15,775 nt of DNA from a bacterium (GTDB taxonomy: Bacteria > Zhuqueibacterota > Zhuqueibacteria > Oceanimicrobiales > Oceanimicrobiaceae). The number at the start of each line of letters is the position of its first letter. The first letter of the stretch is position 1. Under the pieces are notes generated by a model, which was not told where the DNA came from, searched no databases, and worked only from the letters and a program-made list of their open reading frames with translations. Shown here piece by piece: positions 1-7,951 of the stretch. The translations under genes were made by a program, and so were the position numbers. The stretch is from assembly GCA_046757025.1 (NCBI GenBank), contig JBHHXN010000123.1, forward strand, positions 1-15,775, written 5' to 3'.

Positions 1-2
1 GG

Positions 3-65
3 CAGGAATTCACCCTCGGCCAGGAGGCCTTGGAGAAGAGATGGACGTTTTCGTTAAAACACTAA
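3..65 (+). CDS. Possible 3' end of an upstream gene (...QEFTLGQEALEKRWTFSLKH*)
   Basis: Frame 3 is open from the window edge to TAA at 63-65 and reads protein-like. It is too short to identify, and other frames cannot be excluded. Confidence 0.3.
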   Translation, partial: QEFTLGQEALEKRWTFSLKH

Positions 66-128
66 GTGGAATACCGCAGCTTGGCAACTTTTGTTCCTTT
101 AACGGTGATTTACCGCATGAGCCCCTCC

Positions 129-155
129 ATCTTGTGCATCCAGTAAATCCCGTCA
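129..155. repeat. Degenerate 9-bp tandem repeat (ATCTTGTGC ATCCAGTAA ATCCCGTCA)
   Basis: Three imperfect ATCCTGTNA-like units. Same style as the tandem arms of the other intergenic elements in the window. Confidence 0.35.
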
Positions 156-212
156 GAAAATACCGCTATCGCTGAAAAGGATAGCCAACTAATTCAACAT
201 AGAGCCGATAAA

Positions 213-2087
213 ATGTCATTAAAGGTGAAAAAAGAATTCTTTGAGGAATATGTCCTTCATGTATCTTTTTTCAAAAACTTTTATGTAATCCTTTTTTTGG
301 GTTTCTGCCTCACCGCCCCCAGGGTGCACGGCCAGGACAAAGCTTCTGAATGGCTCAAAATCGGCCTGGAGGCATCGAATTACGAAGTCAGAGTCCAGTC
401 CTATGAAAAAGCCATTCAGATCGATCCCGATTTGATCGAAGCCTACTATCTTTTGGGGCTGGCTCACAAATCCCAGGGTCAGTATGAGCAGGCCGAGCTG
501 ATCCTAAACAAAGCCTACTTCAAAAATCCGTTCGCTTTGAGCAACAAAATCAAATCTAAGATTTTATTTGAGCTGGGCCGCATCTACTATCTGCAAGACA
601 AAGTGCAGAAAGCGCGGGATGCTCTGCAAGGCGCAAAAGAGTTGTCGCAAAAAAAGCTGCGGGGTAAAATCTGCTACGAGCTCGGGCAGTTGTTTTTAAA
701 AGAAGGCGAAATCGATCAGGCGCTGGAGGAGCTGCGCCAGGGCAAACGCCTGGCGCCTCAGGACGCCAGCATGTTCGACACCGCCCTGAATCTTGCGGAG
801 AGCAAAAAAGCCATCAACGAAAAATACAAACAAAGCGTCAGTTTGATGCATTCGGAACGCTTCGAACAGGCCGGCAAACTCCTCGATGAAATCATCGCCG
901 TGGACCCCGATTTTAAAGACGTGCAGCAAAAACGGCAGGAGGTCAATCGCCTCTCCGAACGCAGCAAGGTTCAAAAAGAGCTGGTGATTCTCTACAACCG
1001 TGCCAAACGTCACGTTCAAAAAAAAGAAATCCCGCCGGCAATCAAATTGTACCAGCAGATCGTTCAAACAGACAGCGGTTTCAGGGATGCGGCCATGCGG
1101 CTGAGCGATTTGCAAACTGCCACTGCCGAACAAACTAAATTAGACGAGACCCGAACTTTATACGACCAGGGCGTGGCGGCCTTCAACAACCAGAACTGGC
1201 GTTCGGCTTTAAATGCTTTTAGGCAAGTGCAGGAAATCGACAGCATGTATCGCGATGTGGCCGCTTTAAGTGCGCAGGCCCGCTCGCAGTTAGCGCAACA
1301 GGCCACCGCGGTCAAGAAAAAAGCTCGGCTGCGGGCACAAGCAGAAGCCTTTGTGGAAGCTCAGGACTGGCCGAATGCGATAAACGCTTTTGAGTCGCTA
1401 AAAAAAGCTTACCCGGCGGAAGCCGATCTGGACGCGAAGATTTCGAAAATCAAAAAAGCCCTGTCTGCAGATGCGCAGCTCGAGGTCACCGACATCGAAA
1501 CCCTGTATGAAGAAGGCGTTTTAGCTCTGCAAAACAGCGACTGGCAAAAGGCAGCCGCAGCTTTCGAAAAAGTGGCTTTGCTGGATTCGGCCTATCGGGA
1601 CGTGCAGAACAAACTGGCGGACGCCCGATTCAATTTTAACAAAAAACGTACGCCTGCGCTGCCGCCGGCAGCGCCTAAAGAAGCCAGCCAACTGATTCGT
1701 ATCGGCATCTTGGCGGCCTTGTTACTGATACTGGTGGCCGGCATCTGGGTAGCTTCGCACACCGTACGCGCACGTTTTTATTATTGGCGAAAGCAGTATG
1801 CTAAAAGCACCGCGATTTATGAAAAGAAGCTGGCTAGGAATCCGGGCCTCATAAAATTGTACACGATTTTAGCTGAACTGTATTTGATTCAAGATCGCCG
1901 CGATCACCAAGCTCTGAAGGTGTTCGAAACCATTTTAAAACTCAACATTTTCACCGACCACAAAAAAGAGATCCAATCCATCGTGGCCAATCAATACATG
2001 GAACAGGGTCGCACCGACATCAGCGCCATTCAGATCATGGAGCGCGAGCTGAATCTTAAAATCAACAACCCCAATCCCCAGCCATAA
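213..2087 (+). CDS. Exported single-pass membrane protein with TPR and ~56-aa helical repeats and a cytoplasmic TPR-like tail
   Basis: 624-aa ORF. N-terminal hydrophobic stretch ends in VHG|Q (signal-peptide-like). TPR motifs present (YEKAIQIDPDLIEAYYLLGLAH; ILFELGRIYY; ICYELGQLF). Recurrent D-x-x-[FY]-[RK]-D motif. TM helix LIRIGILAALLLILVAGIWVA followed by basic residues. Start codon uncertain. Confidence 0.85.
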   Translation: MSLKVKKEFFEEYVLHVSFFKNFYVILFLGFCLTAPRVHGQDKASEWLKIGLEASNYEVRVQSYEKAIQIDPDLIEAYYLLGLAHKSQGQYEQAELILNKAYFKNPFALSNKIKSKILFELGRIYYLQDKVQKARDALQGAKELSQKKLRGKICYELGQLFLKEGEIDQALEELRQGKRLAPQDASMFDTALNLAESKKAINEKYKQSVSLMHSERFEQAGKLLDEIIAVDPDFKDVQQKRQEVNRLSERSKVQKELVILYNRAKRHVQKKEIPPAIKLYQQIVQTDSGFRDAAMRLSDLQTATAEQTKLDETRTLYDQGVAAFNNQNWRSALNAFRQVQEIDSMYRDVAALSAQARSQLAQQATAVKKKARLRAQAEAFVEAQDWPNAINAFESLKKAYPAEADLDAKISKIKKALSADAQLEVTDIETLYEEGVLALQNSDWQKAAAAFEKVALLDSAYRDVQNKLADARFNFNKKRTPALPPAAPKEASQLIRIGILAALLLILVAGIWVASHTVRARFYYWRKQYAKSTAIYEKKLARNPGLIKLYTILAELYLIQDRRDHQALKVFETILKLNIFTDHKKEIQSIVANQYMEQGRTDISAIQIMERELNLKINNPNPQP

Positions 2088-4456
2088 TGAGCCGCAATAA
2101 TCCGAGTTACGATCACCAGGTCGTCAATCTGCTAAAAACGTTAGGCAAAGCCTACTTAGACAATGGAGAAAATCACAAGGCGGCGGAAAAATTCCGGCAG
2201 CTTGTAAATCATGGAATTGACGAGCCGGCGGTTGTACTGGATTATGCTCTAGCGTTGGCGCGCTGTGAAGCCACGCACCCGGAAGCGCTGTCCATTTACG
2301 AAAAGGCCATCGCCAGTACGGTCGCCAACGAGACGCTCTATCTCACCCTGGCCACGCTTTTCCTGAAAGAAGATATCATCGAAGCGCCGGCGCTGAAGGT
2401 GTTCCGACGCGCCCTGAAATACGCTCCGCCCTTTCAAGAGGAAATCCGCAACGCCTTAGAAAAAATATTTCACGAAACCACCGAAACCGTGACCACCCCC
2501 GAAATCCGCCGGGCACTGCTGGATAGCATCGACAACCCGGAGCTGCTTTCGCTTTACCTTTCCACCTCCTGGAAAGATGGCAAATTCGACGATACCCTGT
2601 ACATCCTGAAAGATCTCTACCAGCGCTCTAATCAGAACCGCATTTATTTGAAAGCCATCTGCCAGACTTTGCTGGAAAAAAAATCGCGCGCCGAAGAGCT
2701 GGGCATGAAGTTTCTCCTCTCTTCTTCGGATTTGCGGTACTGCTTCAGATACCTGAACATTGAAAAACCGCTCAATAAAATTCGCGAAGTCGAGCTCTAC
2801 CTGGATTTTAAAAATCTATTCATGGGATTTTCCAAAAAGCGGGAACGGGTAAAATCGCTGCAAAGCGAATATAAATTCTTTCTGGTGGACAATTCCACAA
2901 AAAGTTTTCAGCAAAATGCCGACATCGACAACATCTTATTCGACATCGATAGCGATTTCAGTCTCGAAAGGGATTTTTGGCGTAAAAAAAATCTGGAATA
3001 TATCGAACCGGCGCCTCCCTCATCAGCGAACGCTGCTGCCAATAGAAACAAAACAAAATCGCTTTCCGCCACAGAGGTGAAATCCCGCATTCACTCCCTG
3101 GCGATATTTGAAATCAGCAACTACGACGCCGACCCCGAGCAATCCAAGCTGCCGTTCCATACGTTCCTGAATTTGCTGGCAGGCGAAATCGCTCAATCGG
3201 AGGACGTCATTTTATGCGCCGCAGAAGACGGGCTTTTCGTTTTCAGCTCCGATGCGGAAAAATTGTTCAGAGCCGCACTGAACACGCTGTTTAAACTGGA
3301 AAGATACAATCAGGTGGTGGACGAGTGTGAAGTCATTCAGCTCAAAGTCACCCTGCACGCCAGCGAAATCCCGTTCTTATCTCTGGAAAACGAGGGCTTG
3401 CGAGAGCTGAGAAAAAGCATGAAAGTGCACAATCTGCCGAAAAATCCGGCAGATACGAACCAGCCGACTTTTTCTGGAGACTACCAGCTCATCGTCACAG
3501 AGAACATGACGCCCTATTTGAGACGTCAAAAGCTGAATCGGCTCGGTAAATTTCATTTGCCGCATTTGCCAAACTTGCATCCGGCTTTTGAAGTCATCGT
3601 GAACGATACCCGCAAAAATGTCCATCGCAAGTTCCGAAGCTCCTTTGGCAAATACGAGGTCTCGGACACCATCAAAGAGAATTCATTTTATGCCACCTAC
3701 CGCGGATACGACGCCCAATTGGAAAGAGCGGTGATCATAAAAGTGTACAATCCGCAGGCATTTGCCGAGTTCAAAGAGTTTTCACTTCTCAGAAAACAGT
3801 TCTTCGAAGAAATCCGCAAACTCAACAGAATAAACCACCCCAACATTGCGGTGATTTACGACGCCGGTGAAGATGAGAACAAATTGTATTTGGTCCGGGA
3901 ATACAACGAAGGCCAGATTCTCAACCATTATCTTTTGCAGCGGGGATTGCCGGAAATCAAGCGCACTCTGGAAATTTATCTGAAAATTTGCAAAACGCTG
4001 GCGAATTTTCACGCACACCAGATTTGGCACAAAAATCTAAAACCCGACAATATTTTCATCACCACTCAGGAGGAAATCAAATTGACGGACGGCGGGTTGC
4101 TGCAAGTGCGCCACTCCAACAAACTCTGGCACGCGGACATCGACAGCCACGCCTATTCCGCACCCGAGCAAATACAGGGACTGAAACTCACACAAAGCTG
4201 CGATGTGTTTCAATTAGGTGTGATGCTTTATGAAAGTCTGACCGGCTCGCATCCATTCAAAGCCCGCAACGCTTCCAGAGTTCGCATCCGGATCCTTGCA
4301 GACGAACCAGCGTCTATCCGCCCAATCCGACCGGACCTGCCACCGGAGGTGGAAACGGTTCTGATGAAATCCATGGCTAAGGACCCGAACCGGCGTTTTC
4401 AATCCATCGACCAATTGGCGCAAGCGCTGCAAAAAATGCACAAAAACGGCATCTGA
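2087..4456 (+). CDS. TPR-like / degenerate class III cyclase-like / Ser-Thr (pseudo)kinase multidomain protein
   Basis: 789-aa ORF, ATG overlaps the upstream TAA (TAATG). C-terminal Hanks fold: VIIK, HPNIAVIYD, HKNLKPDN, DGG, YSAPEQ, DVFQLGVMLYESLTG, KDPNRRF. Central region matches the cyclase pattern: AIFEI, EDGLFVF, KVTLHASE, QLIVTE, LGKFHL. Confidence 0.85.
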   Translation: MSRNNPSYDHQVVNLLKTLGKAYLDNGENHKAAEKFRQLVNHGIDEPAVVLDYALALARCEATHPEALSIYEKAIASTVANETLYLTLATLFLKEDIIEAPALKVFRRALKYAPPFQEEIRNALEKIFHETTETVTTPEIRRALLDSIDNPELLSLYLSTSWKDGKFDDTLYILKDLYQRSNQNRIYLKAICQTLLEKKSRAEELGMKFLLSSSDLRYCFRYLNIEKPLNKIREVELYLDFKNLFMGFSKKRERVKSLQSEYKFFLVDNSTKSFQQNADIDNILFDIDSDFSLERDFWRKKNLEYIEPAPPSSANAAANRNKTKSLSATEVKSRIHSLAIFEISNYDADPEQSKLPFHTFLNLLAGEIAQSEDVILCAAEDGLFVFSSDAEKLFRAALNTLFKLERYNQVVDECEVIQLKVTLHASEIPFLSLENEGLRELRKSMKVHNLPKNPADTNQPTFSGDYQLIVTENMTPYLRRQKLNRLGKFHLPHLPNLHPAFEVIVNDTRKNVHRKFRSSFGKYEVSDTIKENSFYATYRGYDAQLERAVIIKVYNPQAFAEFKEFSLLRKQFFEEIRKLNRINHPNIAVIYDAGEDENKLYLVREYNEGQILNHYLLQRGLPEIKRTLEIYLKICKTLANFHAHQIWHKNLKPDNIFITTQEEIKLTDGGLLQVRHSNKLWHADIDSHAYSAPEQIQGLKLTQSCDVFQLGVMLYESLTGSHPFKARNASRVRIRILADEPASIRPIRPDLPPEVETVLMKSMAKDPNRRFQSIDQLAQALQKMHKNGI

Positions 4457-4533
4457 ATTTCTTGAATAGCTGACAGGCCAACTCGCGATTTTTGTACAGA
4501 AGAAAGGGGTGAAATGTTACCATTTTCATAAGA

Positions 4534-7263
4534 TCAGTGCGCATCCAGCCAGTTCTCCCCCACTCCCACATCCACTTTGATCGGCACTTTCAGCGCGATG
4601 GCATTTTCCATCTCCGCTTTCACCAGCTCACGCACCTGCGGCAATTCCGATTTCGGCACTTCAAACACCAGCTCGTCGTGCACCTGCATGATCATTTTCG
4701 ATGCCAATTTCTGCTCGTTCAATTTACGCCAGATTTTGATCATGGCCACTTTGATCAAATCCGCCGCGGTGCCCTGTATGGGCGTGTTGATGGCGGTGCG
4801 TTCAGCAAACTCCCGGCGCTGGCGGTTCTCGCTGATGATTTCCGGCAAATATCGGCGACGGTTGAGCAGCGTGGTCACGTACCCGTTTTGCCGGGCCTCG
4901 GCAATGGTTTTGATGATGAAATCGTTTACTTTCGGGTACTGAATGAAATAATTTTGAATAAACTCTTCCGCCTCTTCCCGGGAAATATCCAAACGGGAAG
5001 ACAAACCAAACACCCCCATGCCGTACATGACCCCAAAATTGATCTCTTTGGCCTTACGGCGGTGCTCAGGGGTCACCTCTGCCGGTTTGACGCTAAAAAT
5101 CAAAGAAGCGGTTTTGGCGTGAATATCCTCATCATTTCGAAAGCTCTCCAGAAGCACTTCATCCTCGGAAAGGTGGGCCATGATGCGCAGCTCCACCTGC
5201 GAGTAATCCGCGTCTAAAATCACATGCTCGGAGTCGCCTGGAATGAACGCTTTGCGAATACGGCGCCCCATCTCGGTGCGGATGGGAATATTCTGCAAAT
5301 TCGGATCACTGGAAGACAAACGCCCGGTGGCCGCCACCGTCTGATTGTAAGACGTGTGCACGCGGCCGGTTTTCGGATTGACCAGCTTCGGCAGCGCATC
5401 CACATAGGTAGATTTGAGCTTGGTGAGCTCTCGGTACTCCAGCAGCGTTTTCGGCAGCTCGTGAATTTTCGCCAGCTCTTCCAAAACTTTGGCGTCGGTG
5501 GAATAGCCGGTTTTCGTACGCCGTTTCTTCGGCAAATTCAGCTTTTCAAACAAAATGGCTCCTAGCTGCTGCGTGGAATTGATGTTGAATTCTTCACCGG
5601 CCATATCATAAATGCGGCTCATCAACTGCTCGAGCTGCTGCGCCATATTCTGGGACATCTCCGAAAGAAACGGTGCATCCAGCGCCACGCCGGTTTTTTC
5701 CACATCGGCCAGCACGTAGATTAACGGAATTTCCACCTCCTGGAACAGTTTGTAGATTTCCGAATTTTTAAGCTGCGGTTCGAACAGCTCCTGCAAGCGA
5801 AAAGTGATATCCGCGTCTTCGCAAGCGTATTTCGTCACTTCTTCAACAGAGATCTCCGACATGCTGATTTGCTTTGCACCTTTGCCGATGAGATCGGCGG
5901 TGGGAATTTTGACGTAATTCAAATGCTCCAGGGCCAGAGCGTCGATATTGTGCTGGCGCAGTGTGGGATTGAGCAGGTACGACGCCACCATGGTGTCGAA
6001 ATTCACCCCTTGCAAATCGATGCCATGACGAGAAAACACCAGCATGTCGTATTTGATATTCTGACCGCATTTTTTGAGGGCGGCGTCTTCCAGCAACGGC
6101 TGTAGAATTTGCGTGACCGATACCGAACCGAACAAATCGCCATCTCCGTGCAAGAACATCTCGCGGTGACCAAATTTGGGGGAAGCGGTGTTTTCGATTT
6201 TGACAGGGACGTAAAACGCCGTATACGATTTTACCGCAAAAGCGATGCCCACGATATCCGCGCGCATGGGATCTTTGTGGGTGGTTTCCAGATCCACCAC
6301 AAAACTGCCGGCCTGCTGCAAAAGTTTAACCAGCGACTCCAACTTCTCCCGCGAATCGACCAGGGTGTACTCCACCTCAGACACTTCCTGTTTGATGGTA
6401 AAGCGATTTAGCAGCGTGTTGAATTCCAATTCCTTGAACAAATCCACCACCCGCTCCGAATCCGGGTCCTGCCGTTGTAATGTACGGACATCGATTTCCA
6501 GCGGAACCGCGGTATCGATGACCACCAGTTTTTTGGAAAGCAGAGCCTGGTCACGGTGAGTCTGCAGGTTATCGCGGACATTGGCCCGACTGACTTCTTC
6601 GGCATGCGCCAGCACTTCCTCCAGGCTGCCAAACTCCCGGATCAGTTTCACCGCGGTTTTTTCCCCCACGCCGGGCACGCCCGGCACGTTGTCAGAGGTA
6701 TCCCCCATCAATCCCAAATAATCCACGATCTTCGACGGCGGCAAACCGACTTTTTCCAGGACGCCTTTTTCGTCTAAAATCTCAATTTCATCGCCTGATC
6801 TTTTGGGATTGAACATTTTTATTTTGTCGCTCACCAACTGCATGAAGTCTTTGTCGCCGCTGACCAAAAACGTATCCAGCCCGACCTGCTGCGCCTGCTG
6901 CGCTAATGTGCCGATGACGTCGTCCGCTTCATAGCCCGGATATTCGATGAGCGGGATGTTCAGGGCGTTGACTACCTCGTGGATTTTAGGAATCTGACTG
7001 CGCATGTCGTCCGGCATTTTCTGACGGGTAGCCTTGTACTCTTTGTACTGCTCATGCCGGAAAGTCGGCCCCGGCGCATCGAACACCACCGCCAGGTGAT
7101 CGGGATTTTCATCGTCCAGTATTTTGAACAGAAACCGGCAAAAGCCAAAAATGGCGCTGGTATTTTCGCCTTTGGAATTGATCAGGGGATTTTTGATGAA
7201 CGCGAAAAACGAACGGTAGGCCAGCGCCGAGCCGTCAATTAAAAACAAGGTGTTGTTTGACAT
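4534..7263 (-). CDS. polA: DNA polymerase I (5'-3' exonuclease, 3'-5' exonuclease, polymerase)
   Basis: LIDGSALAYRSFFA, YEADDVIGTL and GDTSDNVPGVPGVGEKTA (5' nuclease). DLETT, NIKYD and YACEDAD (Exo I-III intact). TGRLSSSDPNLQNIP, DYSQVELR, RRKAKEINFG and QVHDEL (polymerase motifs). Confidence 0.99.
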   Translation of the reverse strand: MSNNTLFLIDGSALAYRSFFAFIKNPLINSKGENTSAIFGFCRFLFKILDDENPDHLAVVFDAPGPTFRHEQYKEYKATRQKMPDDMRSQIPKIHEVVNALNIPLIEYPGYEADDVIGTLAQQAQQVGLDTFLVSGDKDFMQLVSDKIKMFNPKRSGDEIEILDEKGVLEKVGLPPSKIVDYLGLMGDTSDNVPGVPGVGEKTAVKLIREFGSLEEVLAHAEEVSRANVRDNLQTHRDQALLSKKLVVIDTAVPLEIDVRTLQRQDPDSERVVDLFKELEFNTLLNRFTIKQEVSEVEYTLVDSREKLESLVKLLQQAGSFVVDLETTHKDPMRADIVGIAFAVKSYTAFYVPVKIENTASPKFGHREMFLHGDGDLFGSVSVTQILQPLLEDAALKKCGQNIKYDMLVFSRHGIDLQGVNFDTMVASYLLNPTLRQHNIDALALEHLNYVKIPTADLIGKGAKQISMSEISVEEVTKYACEDADITFRLQELFEPQLKNSEIYKLFQEVEIPLIYVLADVEKTGVALDAPFLSEMSQNMAQQLEQLMSRIYDMAGEEFNINSTQQLGAILFEKLNLPKKRRTKTGYSTDAKVLEELAKIHELPKTLLEYRELTKLKSTYVDALPKLVNPKTGRVHTSYNQTVAATGRLSSSDPNLQNIPIRTEMGRRIRKAFIPGDSEHVILDADYSQVELRIMAHLSEDEVLLESFRNDEDIHAKTASLIFSVKPAEVTPEHRRKAKEINFGVMYGMGVFGLSSRLDISREEAEEFIQNYFIQYPKVNDFIIKTIAEARQNGYVTTLLNRRRYLPEIISENRQRREFAERTAINTPIQGTAADLIKVAMIKIWRKLNEQKLASKMIMQVHDELVFEVPKSELPQVRELVKAEMENAIALKVPIKVDVGVGENWLDAH

Positions 7264-7322
7264 GTTTAGCCTTTACTGAGATTATCAGCATATTTTGCTA
7301 CCCGCGTAAATTACTCACGAGT

Positions 7323-7813
7323 CCCTCGAATAACACGTAAGTATTCGTCATTAAAAAAGTGGGAGCTTAGATTATCTTCCCGATTACTTTTTATGGCTGG
7401 TGAAAATGAGCTGTTCACATCCAAGCTTAGTGCTCAATTTTAGAAATAGTTCACAACATCTAATAACCGTTACCGATCTTCACCCTGAGCGGAGTCGAAG
7501 GGTGAAGTTCATGGATTCCCGAATTTTATTTTGGGGCACCATGAAGCCAGATACCCGACAAATCATTTTGTAATAGAGCAATTAGGACAACGACTAATAT
7601 TTATCGACAACCGCAATTTGAATCCCGTGTCGTTTTAAATAGTTCAACATTTTAGCACGGGCTCAACGATTAATTTTGAAACAGCTTCAAAAATCCAAAT
7701 CCCATCGAGTTGTAAACATTAAAACACGCTCAAGTGATTTGACAACTTTCATCATGATGAGTCAACGTGGTTATTTTTTGGCCTTTTTTAATTTTATTCG
7801 TGTCATTCGTGGG
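7323..7813. mobile_element. Decayed non-autonomous element bounded by imperfect inverted repeats
   Basis: CCCTCGAATAACACG (7323-7337) vs CGTGTCATTCGTGGG (7799-7813; reverse complement CCCACGAATGACACG), 13/15 match. AT-rich interior with no long ORF. Confidence 0.45.
7478..7507 (+). repeat. REP-like hairpin CTTCACCCT-GAGCGGAGTCGA-AGGGTGAAG
   Basis: Perfect 9-bp stem. The 16-nt core CTGAGCGGAGTCGAAG recurs in reverse complement at 14177-14192. Confidence 0.8.
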
Positions 7814-7842
7814 CGCTAAAAACCGGTTTAACGCTTACCAAA

Positions 7843-7870
7843 AATATACAATAAAAATCCAATTTGTCAA
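7843..7870 (-). promoter_or_regulatory. Putative sigma70 promoter facing polA (TTGACA-16-TATATT)
   Basis: On the minus strand, a perfect -35 TTGACA (7870-7865), a 16-nt spacer and -10 TATATT (7848-7843). Confidence 0.55.
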
Positions 7871-7885
7871 ATTCTTACTTTTGAA

Positions 7886-7914
7886 TTGCTTGTTAAAGAG
7901 AATTTTCATATACT
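7886..7914 (+). promoter_or_regulatory. Putative sigma70 promoter for the DUF3467 gene (TTGCTT-17-TATACT)
   Basis: -35 at 7886-7891, 17-nt spacer, -10 at 7909-7914. SD AAGGAG at 7938-7943 lies downstream. Confidence 0.55.
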
Positions 7915-7951
7915 ACAAATAGAATACATGATCAAGAAAGGAGCAAATCTG

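Noticed and set aside
4457..4533. Terminator between the kinase gene and polA
   Set aside because: Only a weak AT-rich hairpin (TGAAATG/CATTTTCA) is present, with no convincing GC stem or U-tract.
4537..7242. Several plus-strand ORFs (up to 226 aa) opposite polA
   Set aside because: Antisense shadow ORFs of a clearly genuine gene, with no recognisable motifs.
7298..7846. Target-site duplication for the polA-upstream element
   Set aside because: Candidate TIR-like ends (GTAAATTACTC or GTAAGTATTC, and AACGCTTAC) have no matching 8-bp flanks, so the exact boundaries cannot be fixed.
7886..7951. TTG-start N-terminal extension of the DUF3467 ORF
   Set aside because: It overlaps the predicted promoter, and a strong SD supports ATG 7952.
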